A stretch of DNA of 63,072 nt, filler included, from Kipferlia bialata (lineage: Eukaryota), in assembly GCA_003568945.1 (NCBI GenBank). It is 6 parts of 6 records of this genome, joined end to end, with 100 filler letters (N's around TTAATTAATTAA, not from the genome) between each part and the next. Parts side by side here need not be neighbours in the genome. Positions count along the whole stretch, not along the records: positions 1 to 11,285 come from BDIP01001259.1; positions 11,386 to 22,664 come from BDIP01001260.1; 4 more parts are not named here. The stretch is one strand, 5' to 3'. How positions within the stretch are numbered: position 1 is the first letter of the stretch; each line of letters opens with the position of its first letter. Under the pieces are notes generated by a model. The model saw only the letters and a list, made by a program, of their open reading frames with translations. It was not told the DNA's origin and made no database searches. This document shows positions 1 to 13,031 of this stretch, piece after piece. The translations under genes and the position numbers were made by a program.

Positions 1-63
1 TTTTTTTTCGTTTTTTTTTTTTTCTTCTCCCCCCCCCCCCCCCCCCCCCCTTCTACCCCTCAG

Positions 64-1219
64 GTGTCCCTCCTAGACCTGTCTGAGGTGACTGAGGAGG
101 GCGTGTCCTTCATCAGCCCAGTCACGGGCAAGAGAGAGCTACTCACACCTGAGGAGTCCATCCGTATCCAGCAGAGTATAGGCAGCGATATCATGATGTG
201 TCTGGACGATGTGATATCAGCCACCCTGCAGGACAGACCCAGGATCGAGGAGGCGTCACTACGCACCACTAGGTGGGTGGGCAGAGTCATGATATATAGG
301 GATATACTTGTATGATAGATACTGATACTGATACTGGTACTGATACTGGTCCTGATTCTAGGTGGCTGGACAGGTGCATCAGCGCACACACCAACCCCCA
401 GCAGTGCCTGTTTGGCATCATCCAGGGTATGTGTGTACATCTATTCTATATGTGTTGCGTGTGTCTAACTCCCGTCTGACCCCCCAGGCCACATGGACAT
501 ATCGGAGGGAGGTCTCAGGGAGCAGTGTGTCAGAGACATCGTGGACAGAAGGGATAGCCTAGGTATGGTAGAGAATGACGATACTACAGCTGTCAGCAAT
601 ATGATTGTATCAACCCACCCAGTATATCCACCCCCCCCCCCCATCTCCTCACCCCTTAGGCGGTGTAGCCATTGGGGGTCTCAGTGGAGGTGAGGCCAAG
701 GATGACTTCTGGCGTGTGGTGGCCAGGTGCTGCGAGCTCCTACCCCCCGACCTACCCAGATACTGCATGGGCGTGGGTGTGCCCCTGGACCTGGTGGTAT
801 GTGCCTGTCTGGGAGTGGATATGTTCGACTGTGTCTATGCCACACGCACTGGTCGTTTTGGGACTGCCCTGGTTCCATCTGGTACTCTCAACCTGCGGCA
901 CACCGCCTTCATCGGGGACCAGCGGCCCCTGGAGGTGGGCTGCCCGTGCCCCTGCTGCAAGGGGGGCCTGAGCAGGGCGTACCTGCGCAGTGTGCTCTAT
1001 GCCAAGAGCACGGTGGCCGGGCAGCTGGTGAGCCAGCACAACATCTCCTACCTGCTGCGTCTGATGGGCCGTATCAGGAGCAGCATCGTGGACGAGACCC
1101 TCGACGCCGAGGTCAGGTCATTCCTGGTGGCCATGTACCCCAGGGGGTATGACACAGTGGACCAGTGGGCCAGGGACGCCCTCGAGTACGCAGGACTCGA
1201 CCTGTCACCAACGTGGTAG
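64..1219 (+). CDS. QTRT1: Queuine tRNA-ribosyltransferase catalytic subunit (TGT), 5'-truncated; exons 64-272, 362-426, 488-562, 660-1219
   Basis: Splicing at GT-AG sites gives the TGT motifs [68 protein letters not shown], and the Zn site CPCPCC...HN. Confidence 0.95.
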
Positions 1220-1366
1220 AGATATTGAATAGAGTTATGACGGTGACAAGTTGAGTTGAGATAAACCCTCATGTACTGTATGACAAAAACGTCAAGAGAG
1301 ACACTTGAGGCTCGTGTCCTACCCTCTATAGTTCAGGGGTAATACCCTCTGCGACCACCTTATTAC

Positions 1367-4300
1367 ATGTCGCATCCCCCCATCATTTCGGAGGAATGTG
1401 TGCGCATTGCGTACAATGGGGAGGAGAGGCTGGTGGATGAGTTCAGACGGTATCTGGACAGACACTGGGAGGCAGACAAGTTCCCCTATGCTGCCTCGTT
1501 TGAGAGGGCCACTGCAGCCCAGCCATCTGCGTCTGACTCGACCACCCTGTGCATGCACCGGCAGAGCCTGGCCCAGATATGCCTTGTGGGTGCCAAGCCG
1601 GGGTGTCAGGTGGAGGCCATGCGGTCTCTGATCACAACCCTTAGGAGGCAGACAACCACAGTGTTCACATCCCTGCTGGTGGTGTTTGTGCCTGTGGACT
1701 CCGACCAGATGCCCTGTGCCTCATTCGACAGGAGTGCCAGAAGGACCATTGAGAAGCTGGAGAAGCTGCTGTGCACAGGGTCCCAGGGACACACACCCTC
1801 TGGGGCCTCGAGGGAGGACGGGTCCACCCACCTCCGGCGCCACTCTCACCAGGAGTACATCACCACCACCCGGCTGACCCTGCAGGACTGGGGGTCCGAG
1901 GCAACAGCTGAGGCATGGCTACGGTTCAGTGGGCAGGTGTCTGAGCACGTGTCTAGGTCGATGGAGTTCATCCTGCTGCAGTTCCAGTCGATGCTGAAGC
2001 CATTGGAGAGTAGGCTAGGGGGTCTGGACACGATGGGCGTGGACTCTGGTATGTCCATGTCCAACATGGACATGGACTCGGACCTGGACTCCCCCCTGCC
2101 CCAGTACTTCCTGCTGTCCCTGGCAGAGGCCTCTCTCTATGCCGCAAAGAGAGACACCAAGGCAGAGCTGGCTGTGTACCGGTCTGTGATGGCCCGACTC
2201 ATAGTGGGCACCACCGAGGACCTCTTTCTGCTGTGGCCTGCCTTTGCCACGCTGCCCGTGGGTGCTAAGGCAGTGCGGTCACTGTGCCCAGAGCCTGGGT
2301 TTGGGGGTAGGGATGTGGGTCTGGAGGACGGCCTGGCCCACTCCCATGTGGAGCAGATACCCATGCTCAAGGTGCTGTGCAGCAGGAGCGTGGCGGCATA
2401 CGCACACTGTGACAGACCCGACAACGCAGCCACACAGGTACATGTATAGACTAATTGATGACTAACCCCCCCCCCCCCCCTTCTTGACTCCCTCCCCCTC
2501 CCTAACCCCCCAGGTGCTGAACACTGCCAGGGTGGTTGGCCAGGTGCTGGATATGGCACATGCTGCCGGTGATGCATTCCCCCACTCCAAGGACGTGTGG
2601 GTGGTGAGTGTGGCCCTGACGTACGGGGACACCTTACTAGAGTATCTGGCGTCCTATGAGAGGCGCACCCAGGAACACGACCCAGGTAGGGTGGGAGTGT
2701 AGATGTACTTACATTGACTTGTCACACCCCTCACTTCTAGGTCTGCGCAGCACCGATGCGCGTCGTGTGAGGGTGGGGTGGGGCATGCTGGGGTGCCTCT
2801 ACCTCGATGCCTCCCAGGCACTCGAGAGGCTGAGGGCAGATGTTGAGGACAGGGTGGGTCTACATGTCTATAGTCATTTGTTGGTATCGTGTATATTCCA
2901 TGGAATGATATATACCATGTTTTTTATATACATTTGAGTATGTATCAGAGTACCCCCCACCCCAGTCGGATGTCACCAGAGCCCTCAAGGCCCTGACCCA
3001 GACCCTGACCTCTGGGGTGGGCCTGGACGTGGCCTCTCTGCTGGGGGCTGCCATGCGTACAAGCAGGGTGGGGGACGGGATAGGAGAGTTCAGCCACGTA
3101 TTTGCTATACTGGCGAGCACCCGGATACGCGATGCCTTCCTCAACGCTAGTGACATGTACCTACTCAGAGAGGACCTCCTCTCCCACACGGCTGACTGCT
3201 TCTCGAGGGCACAGCGCAGCAGACAGGCCCTGTATGTACAGCTGCCCCTCCTTAGACATCGTGTGGCCCAGACCCCCAGGATAGTGGGCAGGGCCCTGGC
3301 CGCCCTCGAGTCTGAGACCGAGGGGTGGACGGGTGTGTCGAGGGAGGCGCTCTCCCTCAGACTGGATGCCACACAATCCACCCTGGGCGAGAGGGCATCT
3401 GTCTCTCTCTCCGTGCTGGCCGAGGCCTGTACAGAGCTTGACCAGGCCCTCAGCCTGCGTAGGGTGTCTGCCTCCCTTGGCTCATCCATAGTGCAGGGAG
3501 TGCACAGGGCGGCATGTGCCAAGGTGGAGGTGTGCAAGGCAGAGGTCCAGAGGGTGTGCCGCGTGATATCCTCTCTGGTGGAGGGCACCGACTGCCGCCG
3601 CCTCTCCCCCATCCCCCTGTCTCCCTCCCTCATCCAGTCTGTCTCGGCCTCTGTCCCCAGTGGGTGTGTCACCCCCTGGGTCAGACCCAGCCTATCTGTG
3701 GGTCTCCTCCCTGTCAGAGTGGGGTCTCCATCCAATGTCACCATCAGAGTTGTGATGCGGCACCCTGTGTCACTCCCCTTCTCCGGCATCAGCGCCGTCT
3801 TTGCGCCCGAGCATACCGCTGCCAGACTCAGGGTATCAGCTGTGCCCCTGTCCCAGTTTGACCCCTCAGAGGTAGTGGTAGTGACTCAAGGGAAGGACGC
3901 AGTGCGGGTGTTCACAGAGGAAGGTACCGAGGGGGAGGGGGAGGGGGAGGGGGAGGGTGTGTGTGTTGTCCAGGCCTCTGTCTCCACCGCCACCCTCAAG
4001 GCCGTGGGTGTGTACACCCTAGTAGGCCTCACCCTCCACCTAGGCCCCTGGCTCTCCATGACACTCAGACTCCCAGACGCCCCGGAGCAGGTGCTGGTGG
4101 ATGCCAGGAAGCAAGGGGAGTCACCAGAGGCCGAGGAGCATGAGGAAGAGGGGTCTGGTGACTCCACCCCCACCTCCCTGGACCTGCTTTGTGCATCGTG
4201 CCTGCTAGTGAGGGTGGCAAGGGATAGGGCCGGGGTGGGACTGGCCCTCATCGGAGGGGTGCTCCCCTGCAACGCCCCCACCCACCTGGCCGTGTCTCTG

Positions 4301-5980
4301 TGGTCTGATGATGCATTGCAGGAGATGTGTGTCGGGGTATCCAGCGAGGAGGTGTTCGCACCACAGGTCAGTGTATATGTTCACCAGGAAGCGTTACTCT
4401 CTTTTGTATGTGTATCTGACCACAGGACTCCCAAGACCCCTCAGCTGCCAAGCCCTATGTGTTAGTGAGCAACTACGCATCAGGTGAGTGGGTTACCTAT
4501 ATATACAATGTGATACCTGTCTTTGATCCCCCCCCCCCCTCTTCTCACCCCAGACGAGTGGACCCAGATGCCTGCCACCCTGCATACTCAGGGCATGCAC
4601 TCGATGTCCCTATCTATGGGGGCACTGCCCCCAGATTCCCTGGTCAGGGTCTTCTTCCCATGCTCTGTGTGTCTGGCACCCACTAGAGATGAGGCCTCAG
4701 TCCCCTTTGATGTCACAGCAGATTATGTCAAGACATCAGGCGACAGCTTCTCAGCCCACCACCGCAACAGCGTCACGTTCCGCACCCCCCTGGTCCTGTC
4801 AGGCCGTATGGTGACTGGGGGTGCAGGGAGGGTGGACCTGTCAGTCACGAACAGACTGGCAGGACCAGTGGCAGTGACGGGTCTGGTGTTGGAACCCCAT
4901 GCAGCCCCTACACCTGAGTCAGGTAGCCATAGTGACTATATACCAGGGGGCAAGAGATCTATCCTATACAGACATGGGGATTCTCGTCACACTGCCTCTC
5001 CGTCCCATTCTGCCTCTGCAGAGGGATCCACCTGTCACGTGCATGCGGGACAGGCCCTGTCCGTGTCGTTCCTCTCCCCCTCCATCCCTGCCTCTGCCCT
5101 TGATACACCCGTGGCCAGTGAGACATATGGGGAGGAGTCTCCGTTGCCAGGCCTCCCGCTCTTCTCACCCGACGTCCTCTCCGCCATCCCGACCTTTGCA
5201 GACCAGACCGAGTTCCCAGACATACCTGAGACACCGGCAGACATCAATGCACTGGCAGTCACAGGCCAGCTATGCATAGGACCTGGGGCCACCGCACTAG
5301 TCCCTCTAGACTTCCACTGTGTGTGGTCATCAGCACCAGAGCAGGCAGAGACACTTCCATACGTCAGGGTGCCAGTGCTGGCCAAGCTCAACCTCACCTA
5401 TGGGGTGCTGCCTCCTATAGCAGAGCCATCCGACCCCCTCCCCCCAGTTGTGTTTGGACTGCCCCCTCCCCCCCCTGCCTCTCTTGTGACCCCCATGAGT
5501 GCTGACTTCACACCTCCCTTGTACAATGTATCCCTGGCCCTGTCCGACGATGTCGAGGAGGTGGTGGTGGGGCAGCTCGTGGCAGCCACTCTGACAGTGT
5601 CTGTCATAGATAGAGAGGGCATCCCAAGGGGCCATACTGACACCGGCATTGAGTTGCTACCCAGTCCCGACTGGCTGATATCTGGCATGGTGCGGTTTGC
5701 AGTGCCCTCTAAGGGGTCTGTGTCCCACCCGATCGGTCTGCTCCCCTTGCATGCCGGGTCGTGCCCCTTCCCGACTGTGAGACTGGTCGACATGGCCGGT
5801 CACAGACACAGAGACACGTACCGAGAGGGCGAGGGGTCTGTGGGTGTGAGGGGCAGGGCTGGACAGTGTCTGAACATCAGCCTGGCAGGTGTGGATGGTG
5901 GGACAGAGGGTATCAACCTGGTCACAGGCCCTGTGCCTACTGCCATATCATCTGCATTCTGGTACACGGCATTCAGCTAG
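1367..5980 (+). CDS. TRAPPC10: TRAPP II subunit TRAPPC10/Trs130-like protein; exons 1367-2437, 2514-2685, 2741-2853, 2966-4366, 4426-4483, 4554-5980
   Basis: Phase-consistent GT-AG introns join the long ORFs into one protein of about 1400 aa. The C-terminus VVGQLVAATLTV...DWLISGMVRF...LLPLHAGSCPFPTV resembles the TRAPPC10 C-terminal Ig-like signature (recognised by eye). Confidence 0.65.
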
Positions 5981-6151
5981 TCATGTCTCATTCCTTCGTC
6001 ACACTACTAAACAGAAGCAGTTGCTGATTAATTAACAACGAGTCTATTCACATCATCACAGAAACACACCAAAACAACAACAACACAAGCTTCATCACAT
6101 AACATCACACTGACTATGACACTACCCCTATATGTCCCCCATGTATATGTA

Positions 6152-9100
6152 TCACATGGGGCGGGTGTCCTGGGCAGGGGGTCCAAACACAGACCGCAGG
6201 CTGGCGTCGTCGGATGTGACAAAGGCTGCCTTGATCGCAGTGTATATGGGGCGCAGAGAGCCATCCAGCCTGGTGTTAAGGGTTGATAGGACGCTATAAG
6301 AATACTAGAGACAATGATGATATATACCAACCTGTCTCTGTCCTTCTCAGCTGCAAATGCCACAAACTGAAGGGCCACCTCCAGGGCTCCAACTGTCCTG
6401 GTAGCGCTTCCCCCTGCGACGCTGTTTGTGTCGTATGCCTTGACCCCCCTGTTCCAGAGGAATGCCAGGAACCACCTGGCCTCGAGGGCTAGGCCGGCCA
6501 TGTCCATGCCCTGGTCCACCCCGTACTGGAACACCCCCAGCACACCACTCGCCATGTCGGTCAGGTCATCGCACACGGGGGAGTGGTCGACGCTCAGACG
6601 GCACGCCCTGATAACACAGGGGAGGGTCGAGGCCAGCTCCTCGACCCCTGCCTGCTTGGCCCTCTCAAACACCCTCAGCACCACCTTGCCCAGCTTGTAG
6701 CACGAGGTGGGTCGGGACCTAAAGGCTGCGGTGCCTGGGAGGGCGGCACAGAGGTTCATAAGCATGGAGGAAGGCGGAGAGGCGGCGAGGAGGGGGAGGA
6801 CGCCAGAGCTCAGGGGGAGAGAGTCGGTGTCGGAGGCCAGGATTGGCTTGTCAGACATGATGGCCAGCTCACACAGACCCAGGAGACACACACTCAGCAC
6901 CGACAGCAGCTTGGTGCATGTCACCTCCTCATTGACGGACTCGAAGGGGTCTGAGGGGTCACGCACATCGGGGAAGACAGGCCTGACCAGCACAAGGCCA
7001 GGGAAGGTCTGGTTCCCACCCAGAGGCACCAGCAGACTCCTGACCACCACAATGGCCCTACAGAGCAGAGCCGCGGCCCCCTCCACACCCTCTGTGTCTC
7101 TGGCGGCACTGCACTCCCGGCCCACCTCAGTGATGGCAGTGGCACACCCCACCACGGCAGAGGGGAGTCGGACAGTTGGCAGGGCGTCCTGCTCCTCTGT
7201 GGAGCTGCCCTCCTCGTCCTCATCATCCTCTGCCTCCTGGCTGTACACCAGCACCATGCAACGCACAGCCTCAATCTCTGCGCTAATCAGCAGCAGCTCC
7301 CCGCCCTGCCTCTTGTGGTCGGCTGTGTAGCAGAGGCCAGAGTTGTAGGCAGAGGCAGCAAAGAAGGCAAGGAGGTCGGGGCGCAGCAGGGTGAGCACGG
7401 AGGATGGCGTGATGTCGCTCTCGGACCCCGTCTCCTCCTCTCTGGCCCTCAGGGCATCGCATGCCTTGACAACGATGTTCCTGGCACGCTGGAAGTACAC
7501 AAGCATCACGTCGACATCTGGCGGTTAGAAATAGAAGCAGTATCCAGTAGTGGTAGCATCAGTATCAGTCTGTACCTGGTGTCTGTGGCGCCTTGTTCAG
7601 CACCACCAGCATGGCCCTCAGCAGGGACAGGCTCTCGGACCCAGCTGCAATGTCCTCGTATGTCCAGTCTGCCCCGTCTGCCGGGTCCTCGTCCTCCCCC
7701 ATCGGATCAGCCCCGTGGGCCCTGGCCAGCTGCTCGAGGGCATAGGTGGTGAGCTGGTGGGAGCCGTTGCTGAACGCAGTCTGGGAGGCCACGGCCAGGA
7801 AGGTGGGCTCGAACCCCACAGAGTGCATCAGAGCGTCGAGGGCCTCCTTGCCCTTGGCCACGTCGTTGAGGAGGGAGTGTAGCTCGAAGGCGGCAAAGTG
7901 GGACGTGGCCGGCACGGGGTCGATCTGCATGAGGTCCTCGGCGTAGTCTGTGCCGCCTGACCCGGTGTCCAGCATGAGAGTGTCAGACATGGTGTCGGCA
8001 GAGGTCCCATGGCCAGAGGCAGAGGCGTTGCTCTCCCCTGCTGACTGCTTGCGAAGCAGGGCGACGTATCTGTCCCTTGCGTCCACACTCTCCTTCTTGG
8101 CGGCCTCGACTGCACTCAGAGCCGAGAGCAGGGCGTTGGAGTCGGAGGCAGACCCTGCGAGGAGGGCGTTGCTCTTGAGCCTGAGGGCCTGTGCCGCAGG
8201 GGTGTCGAAGGGGACGGGGAGGGCAATGGCGTGGAGCGGCAGGGGCATGGGGAACATGGTGAGGTTGTAGGGGGCCTTCATGACGTAGGCGCCCTCCTTG
8301 GCGGGGGGGCAGTCGGGGCTGGGTCAGTGGATACGCATGGTAGTGATATATAAGTATATAAGTACAGTCGCATCATGTGTATCAGATGCACATACCGAGA
8401 GAAGTATGTCCCCCAGGCCACTGCACACTCCACCCAATCCACAGCTGCTGCCGCCTCCTTCTGGAGCAGACGCCTCCTGGCCTCACTGTAGCACAGAGTG
8501 AACAGGGGGGGCACAGACTCGATGGGGATGGAAGCACGGCCCTGGCAGTACCTGTGGTGAGGCATGGAGATCATAAGCAAGACAGTACCTAACTGAAGAT
8601 CGCCACATGTTGCTGTCAGACTCCTACCTCTGAGCCAGACGCATCATGAGCCTCAGTCCATCGGGGCAGTTGAGGGCAATGGCCACGGTGATGAGCCTGG
8701 GCAGCAGTCTGAAGGGCACGTCACACAGCGGGTGGGACGTCTCGAGGGCCTCATATGCAGCCACACACAGGGGGAACACGCTGCCCCCCTTAGTGGGCCC
8801 GGCCTCCTCCAGCCCAGCCAGCACAACGTCTATGGCACGGGAGGCATGGGAGGCGTCGGTCTCAGGGGCAGCAGCCAGAGCATGGGCCCTCTCTGCTGCA
8901 TCCTTGAGCCTGTCGACACCGACCAGGGCCTGCACCACACGGATACTGGCCCTGAGGGAGGGGTCCTTGCCAGCGCCAAACTCAGCACACTGGGGGTAAG
9001 GGGAAGAGGAAACCGAACAATTACTCTGCATGGTTACTTGTCACAGAGCATTACATACTACATGAGTACATTACACACCTGTAATGCCTTCTCACTCTCT

Positions 9101-10338
9101 CCCACGAGGGCATACGCATCGGACAGACACAGGTAGGCAGCGGCCAGGGAGGGGGGCTCGAGCGAGTCCTCCTTCCGGAGGGCAAGGGAGACACACTTGA
9201 CGGCAAAGTCGGCGGGGGTCACGTGGGGGCGGGACAGCTCTGCGCCTGTGTCCAGCACGTCCCTGCCACCACAGCCCCTCTTGGCGGCGTCCACCCCGAG
9301 CTGGGCCAGCCTCACGAGCACGGTGCACATGTACTCAGTCTCGTCAGGCAGGGTGGAGAGGAGCTTCATGGCGGCCTTGAGGGAGTCGAGGCAGGGGCCG
9401 AGGAGGGAGGTCGGGTCCTCGTCCCTGCCGGCCACGGTCCCCTTCCAGAGGGCACTCTGTAGGCGCCATGTGGCCTCGGCTGACCATATGTGGCGGGTCA
9501 GACAGAGGCGCTGTATGTCGATGGACCTGTCCGCAGCAGGCACCTTGTGCAGGAGGCCTCCCGCTGCGTTGAGGAGGTCCAGTGCCAGACGGTATGTGCC
9601 CACAGTCAGGAGGTAGTGGGCAGTGCGGGACATGAAGCGCACGAGCAGAACCACGTCGGCCGGGGCTGATGGCAGTTGGAGCGGGGCCGACCTGTTGAGC
9701 AGGGGGGACAGGGCCAGACCGGCCTCCTCGTGGTGGGCAAGGGGAATGCCACCGGTGTTGTTGTGGGATATGTCCATCGTGGAGACAGCAAAGAGCTCAA
9801 CGCAGAAGAAGCGAAGACGACCCTCAGCCAGAACTGGAGCGGTATTGTTTCCATTGGCTACCAGGATGTTCCAGAGGCTGAAGGACACCTGGTGTGAGGC
9901 ATAGCCAGTGAGAGCTGCGGCTGTGGCGAGTGAGGGAAGAAATAGAGGACAAAGTGTGTGGGTATCACCAGCCGAGTTGGATTGGATTGGTAACAGAGCA
10001 ACTCTGTATGTGGTGTAGGAGGACAGGGCGGTACACGGGCATCTAATCCCCAGGTATAACAACACAGATATACATAATATGTGCCATATGCTAATATACC
10101 GATGGGTACACCCACCTTTCTGAGCATGTCCCGATCCAACTGTGGCCATGGTGTATTCAGAAGTGCATGGCGGGTCTCAGCCACATATTGTTCTCCAGGT
10201 CTACTATTCGCTTTGATGTTCTCCACAAGCTGCAACAGCAAGCCTAAGGTCAGACAAAAGCAGGTGAAAGGGAACACAATTCTTGCCACACTACACACTG
10301 CCATATACACAGCCAAGAAGCACCAAACTCTGTGCCAT
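6152..10338 (-). CDS. ZIP4: ZIP4/SPO22/TEX11-like meiotic TPR protein; exons approx. 10338-10329, 10243-10116, 9888-9079, 8989-8628, 8551-8396, 8318-7576, 7517-6332, 6269-6152
   Basis: Phase-consistent splicing gives an all-helical protein. It has N-terminal SLWN...RLRFFCVELF and RFMSRTAHYLL...ALDLLNAA, central LFTLCYSEARRRLLQKEAAAAVDWVECA, and C-terminal EARWFLAFLWNRG, matching the TEX11/ZIP4 pattern. The first micro-exon is uncertain. Confidence 0.65.
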
Positions 10339-10605
10339 ATACTCCAGTGACTATGAAATAGCGTCAGGTGGTACGTACTATTGATATCCTTCATGATGCT
10401 GCGCCTAGAAAGTTCATTCAGTCTTGAAGTCAGAGGAGAACCAAGTGGCTGTTACCCGGCTTACCTGTCTGGGATAGACCCCTATTCTAGAAACACACTG
10501 AACCCTTTGTATATTCCGGAATCAAAAAGAGAGCCATGCTGTTACCTCGGCTTGTTCACTGGGTGAGTTCACGTTGCTGGTCACGGGGAGGAGCCCCCGC
10601 ATCCA

Positions 10606-11185
10606 ATGTCAGATGCTGAGACTATAGAGAAGCTCCGGCAGGCATTAAAAACAAGTGAGTTTATGTGTTCAGCAGAAGCCATATTTCAGAGAGAGTGTAG
10701 ACAGTCACTTACTCGAATGCATCTAACCCAGGGAACGACCAGCTCCAACAATACAGTGCTGCATATGAGAAAGCAAAGGGAAACGCACAGGTGTTCAGAG
10801 AGCGGCTTCTACAGGTGAAGGGGGGCTATGAACAGGCCCAGAAGGCAGCTCAGGAGGCAGAGGCTGCTAGGTTGAGTGCGGTTGCTGAGAGAGACACCGC
10901 TGTCAAGGAGGCGGATGAGTATCGCACACGTAACACTGAACTGACTGAGCGGTGTGACGGCCTGTTGGACGCCGAGACTGAGCTTGATCAGCTAGCTGGC
11001 GAGTTGTTGGACATGCGGGAGAGACTGGACACTGTCACTGGGGAGCTGACACGCAGCAGGAAGGACGGGTTGGCGGTGAGGGCAGAGGTGCAGGCACTGC
11101 AGCAGGGGATCAGGGAGACCAGGGACAGGGGGGCCAAGGCTGAAGCCCAGCTGGCCATGTCCAAGCAGAGGGAGACAGAGGCAAG
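10606..11185 (+). CDS. Coiled-coil hypothetical protein, 3'-truncated at scaffold end
   Basis: MSDAETIEKLRQALK followed by an intron (gtgagt...ctaacccag), then a heptad-rich ORF (10791-11195) ending at a GT donor before the poly-C break. Confidence 0.6.
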
Positions 11186-11228
11186 GTGGGAGTAGTAGAA
11201 GAGACTGTTTTGTATCAGGTGTTTATCC

Positions 11229-11267
<39 letters not shown>

Positions 11268-11285
11268 ACCCCCCCCCCCCCCCCC

Positions 11286-11385
11286 NNNNNNNNNNNNNNN
11301 NNNNNNNNNNNNNNNNNNNNNNNNNNNNNTTAATTAATTAANNNNNNNNNNNNNNNNNNNNNNNNNNNNNNNNNNNNNNNNNNNN
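11286..11385. other. Artificial scaffold spacer (44N-TTAATTAATTAA-44N)
   Basis: Identical 100-nt linker with stops in all six frames, recurring at 22665, 34027, 45386 and 56744. Confidence 0.99.
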
Positions 11386-11414
11386 GGGGGGGGGGGGGGG
11401 GGGGGGGGGGGGAG

Positions 11415-11454
<40 letters not shown>

Positions 11455-12322
11455 AGAGAAAGTCCTTCTCAAGGGGATTGGGGGTAAATGAGGGGCAATG
11501 AGCGGTAAACAGAGGAAAACAAGGAGCAAAGACACGGTGAAATAGATATGCACACAACAACGTACTTAGGCTTAGGTATTGACTGAGGGTATTTACTGGG
11601 ACGTAGGGTCGAAGATATAGACACCTCTCGGGAATTCATGACTAGTAGATGGGCAGATAAAGAGAGGGAAAAGGAGGAATAGACGCCACACATTCAGGGC
11701 CACAATACATTGCACACTACGAACCCTGCGAGTCCACTGCCATGAGCAATTCAATAAACATATCCATCGGGTTTCGTAGTGTCTTGCCAAATTGGTTGTC
11801 CATGGCCCACTATAGCGACCCGGCAGCTGGACTCGGTGGCCCTCTATACAAGGACTTGTAGGAACAAGGCTCGACATTGTCTCACCGCCAATACATCTGC
11901 AACAACAATGTTGTCACATAATAGTCTCCCTGTTATCCTTGATGAAGTTTACGAAAGAGAGGTAATACTGTCGCACAGCTGATGATGATGAACCCTTATT
12001 GTCGAGTTTTTGTGGACACAAGTGGATGCAGGCTCAAAAACATTGTTTTCGCACCCAGAAGCAGAAACCCTCAGCTACACGATTCACGATCCTCTGGACA
12101 CTAGATATGAACTTAGTGTCCAGGTGTTCCACTCCAAGGTGCGGCACCAGGACGGTTGTATATATAGATCAACATCATACACTACAGGACCCACATATAC
12201 TCCATGTCTGCTCCATTCTGTACTCTCTAGTGCAGCACCCCCTGCAGCTGAGGTAATGTCACAGATCTATTGGAACTACAATATACACACATGCCCAGTA
12301 CACTACTAGTTCATGATTACAA

Positions 12323-12985
12323 CTACTCCATGGTGCAGTGCAGCACCACCACCCCCTCCAGCTGGGGGGTCCTGCCCCCACCCTGCATCAACAGGGGGTT
12401 GGACAGGACAGGGCTAGTAGCTAGTGTCAGAGGGTACTATACTATGTATGTATATATATATGTATATACACCCTGCATCAACAGGGGGTTGGACAGGACA
12501 GGACTAGTAGCTGGGTGTTAGAGTGCGATCTCTGGCAGCTGTATTGAATATAGTATATTCCAGAGTTATCTTCATACCAGACCCCCTCCCTGACATGCAC
12601 TCCCTCAGCCTGTCTACACCATATATATACATACATTTAACATATATACCTGCCCCTATTCTGCCTGCCCCCCAGATGTACAGTATTGGTATGTATATGT
12701 ACAATATACACACATATATAGCATTTCATCACGTATGCACTATACATACCTGCCCTCATTCTGTCTGTCCCCTCTCTGATACGGGTGGTACGAGTGACCA
12801 GGGTGCGCTGGGACCTGGGGCATCAGGACAATAGAATACTATGTATAATTGATACTATTAATATATATGCATATATATGATTATATATACATATGTATGT
12901 ATATATATGAATAGGGTGACCAGGGTGCGCTGGGACCTGAGGCATCAGAACAACATAATGGTATATATAGTTGATACTATTAATA

Positions 12986-13031
<46 letters not shown>

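Noticed and set aside
1300..9900. Long antisense or alternate-frame ORFs overlapping the TRAPPC10-like and ZIP4-like genes
   Set aside because: They are expected shadows of GC-rich coding sequence and contain no recognisable motifs.
11232..11285. Poly-C/poly-G runs at scaffold ends as telomeres or G-quadruplex elements
   Set aside because: They lie in introns next to branch-point motifs and mark short-read assembly breaks. No telomeric repeat unit is present.
11286..11385. TTAATTAATTAA palindrome recurring every ~11.3 kb
   Set aside because: It is an artificial linker flanked by exactly 44 N on each side. Scaffold lengths decrease monotonically (11279, 11262, 11259, 11258), indicating size-sorted concatenation.
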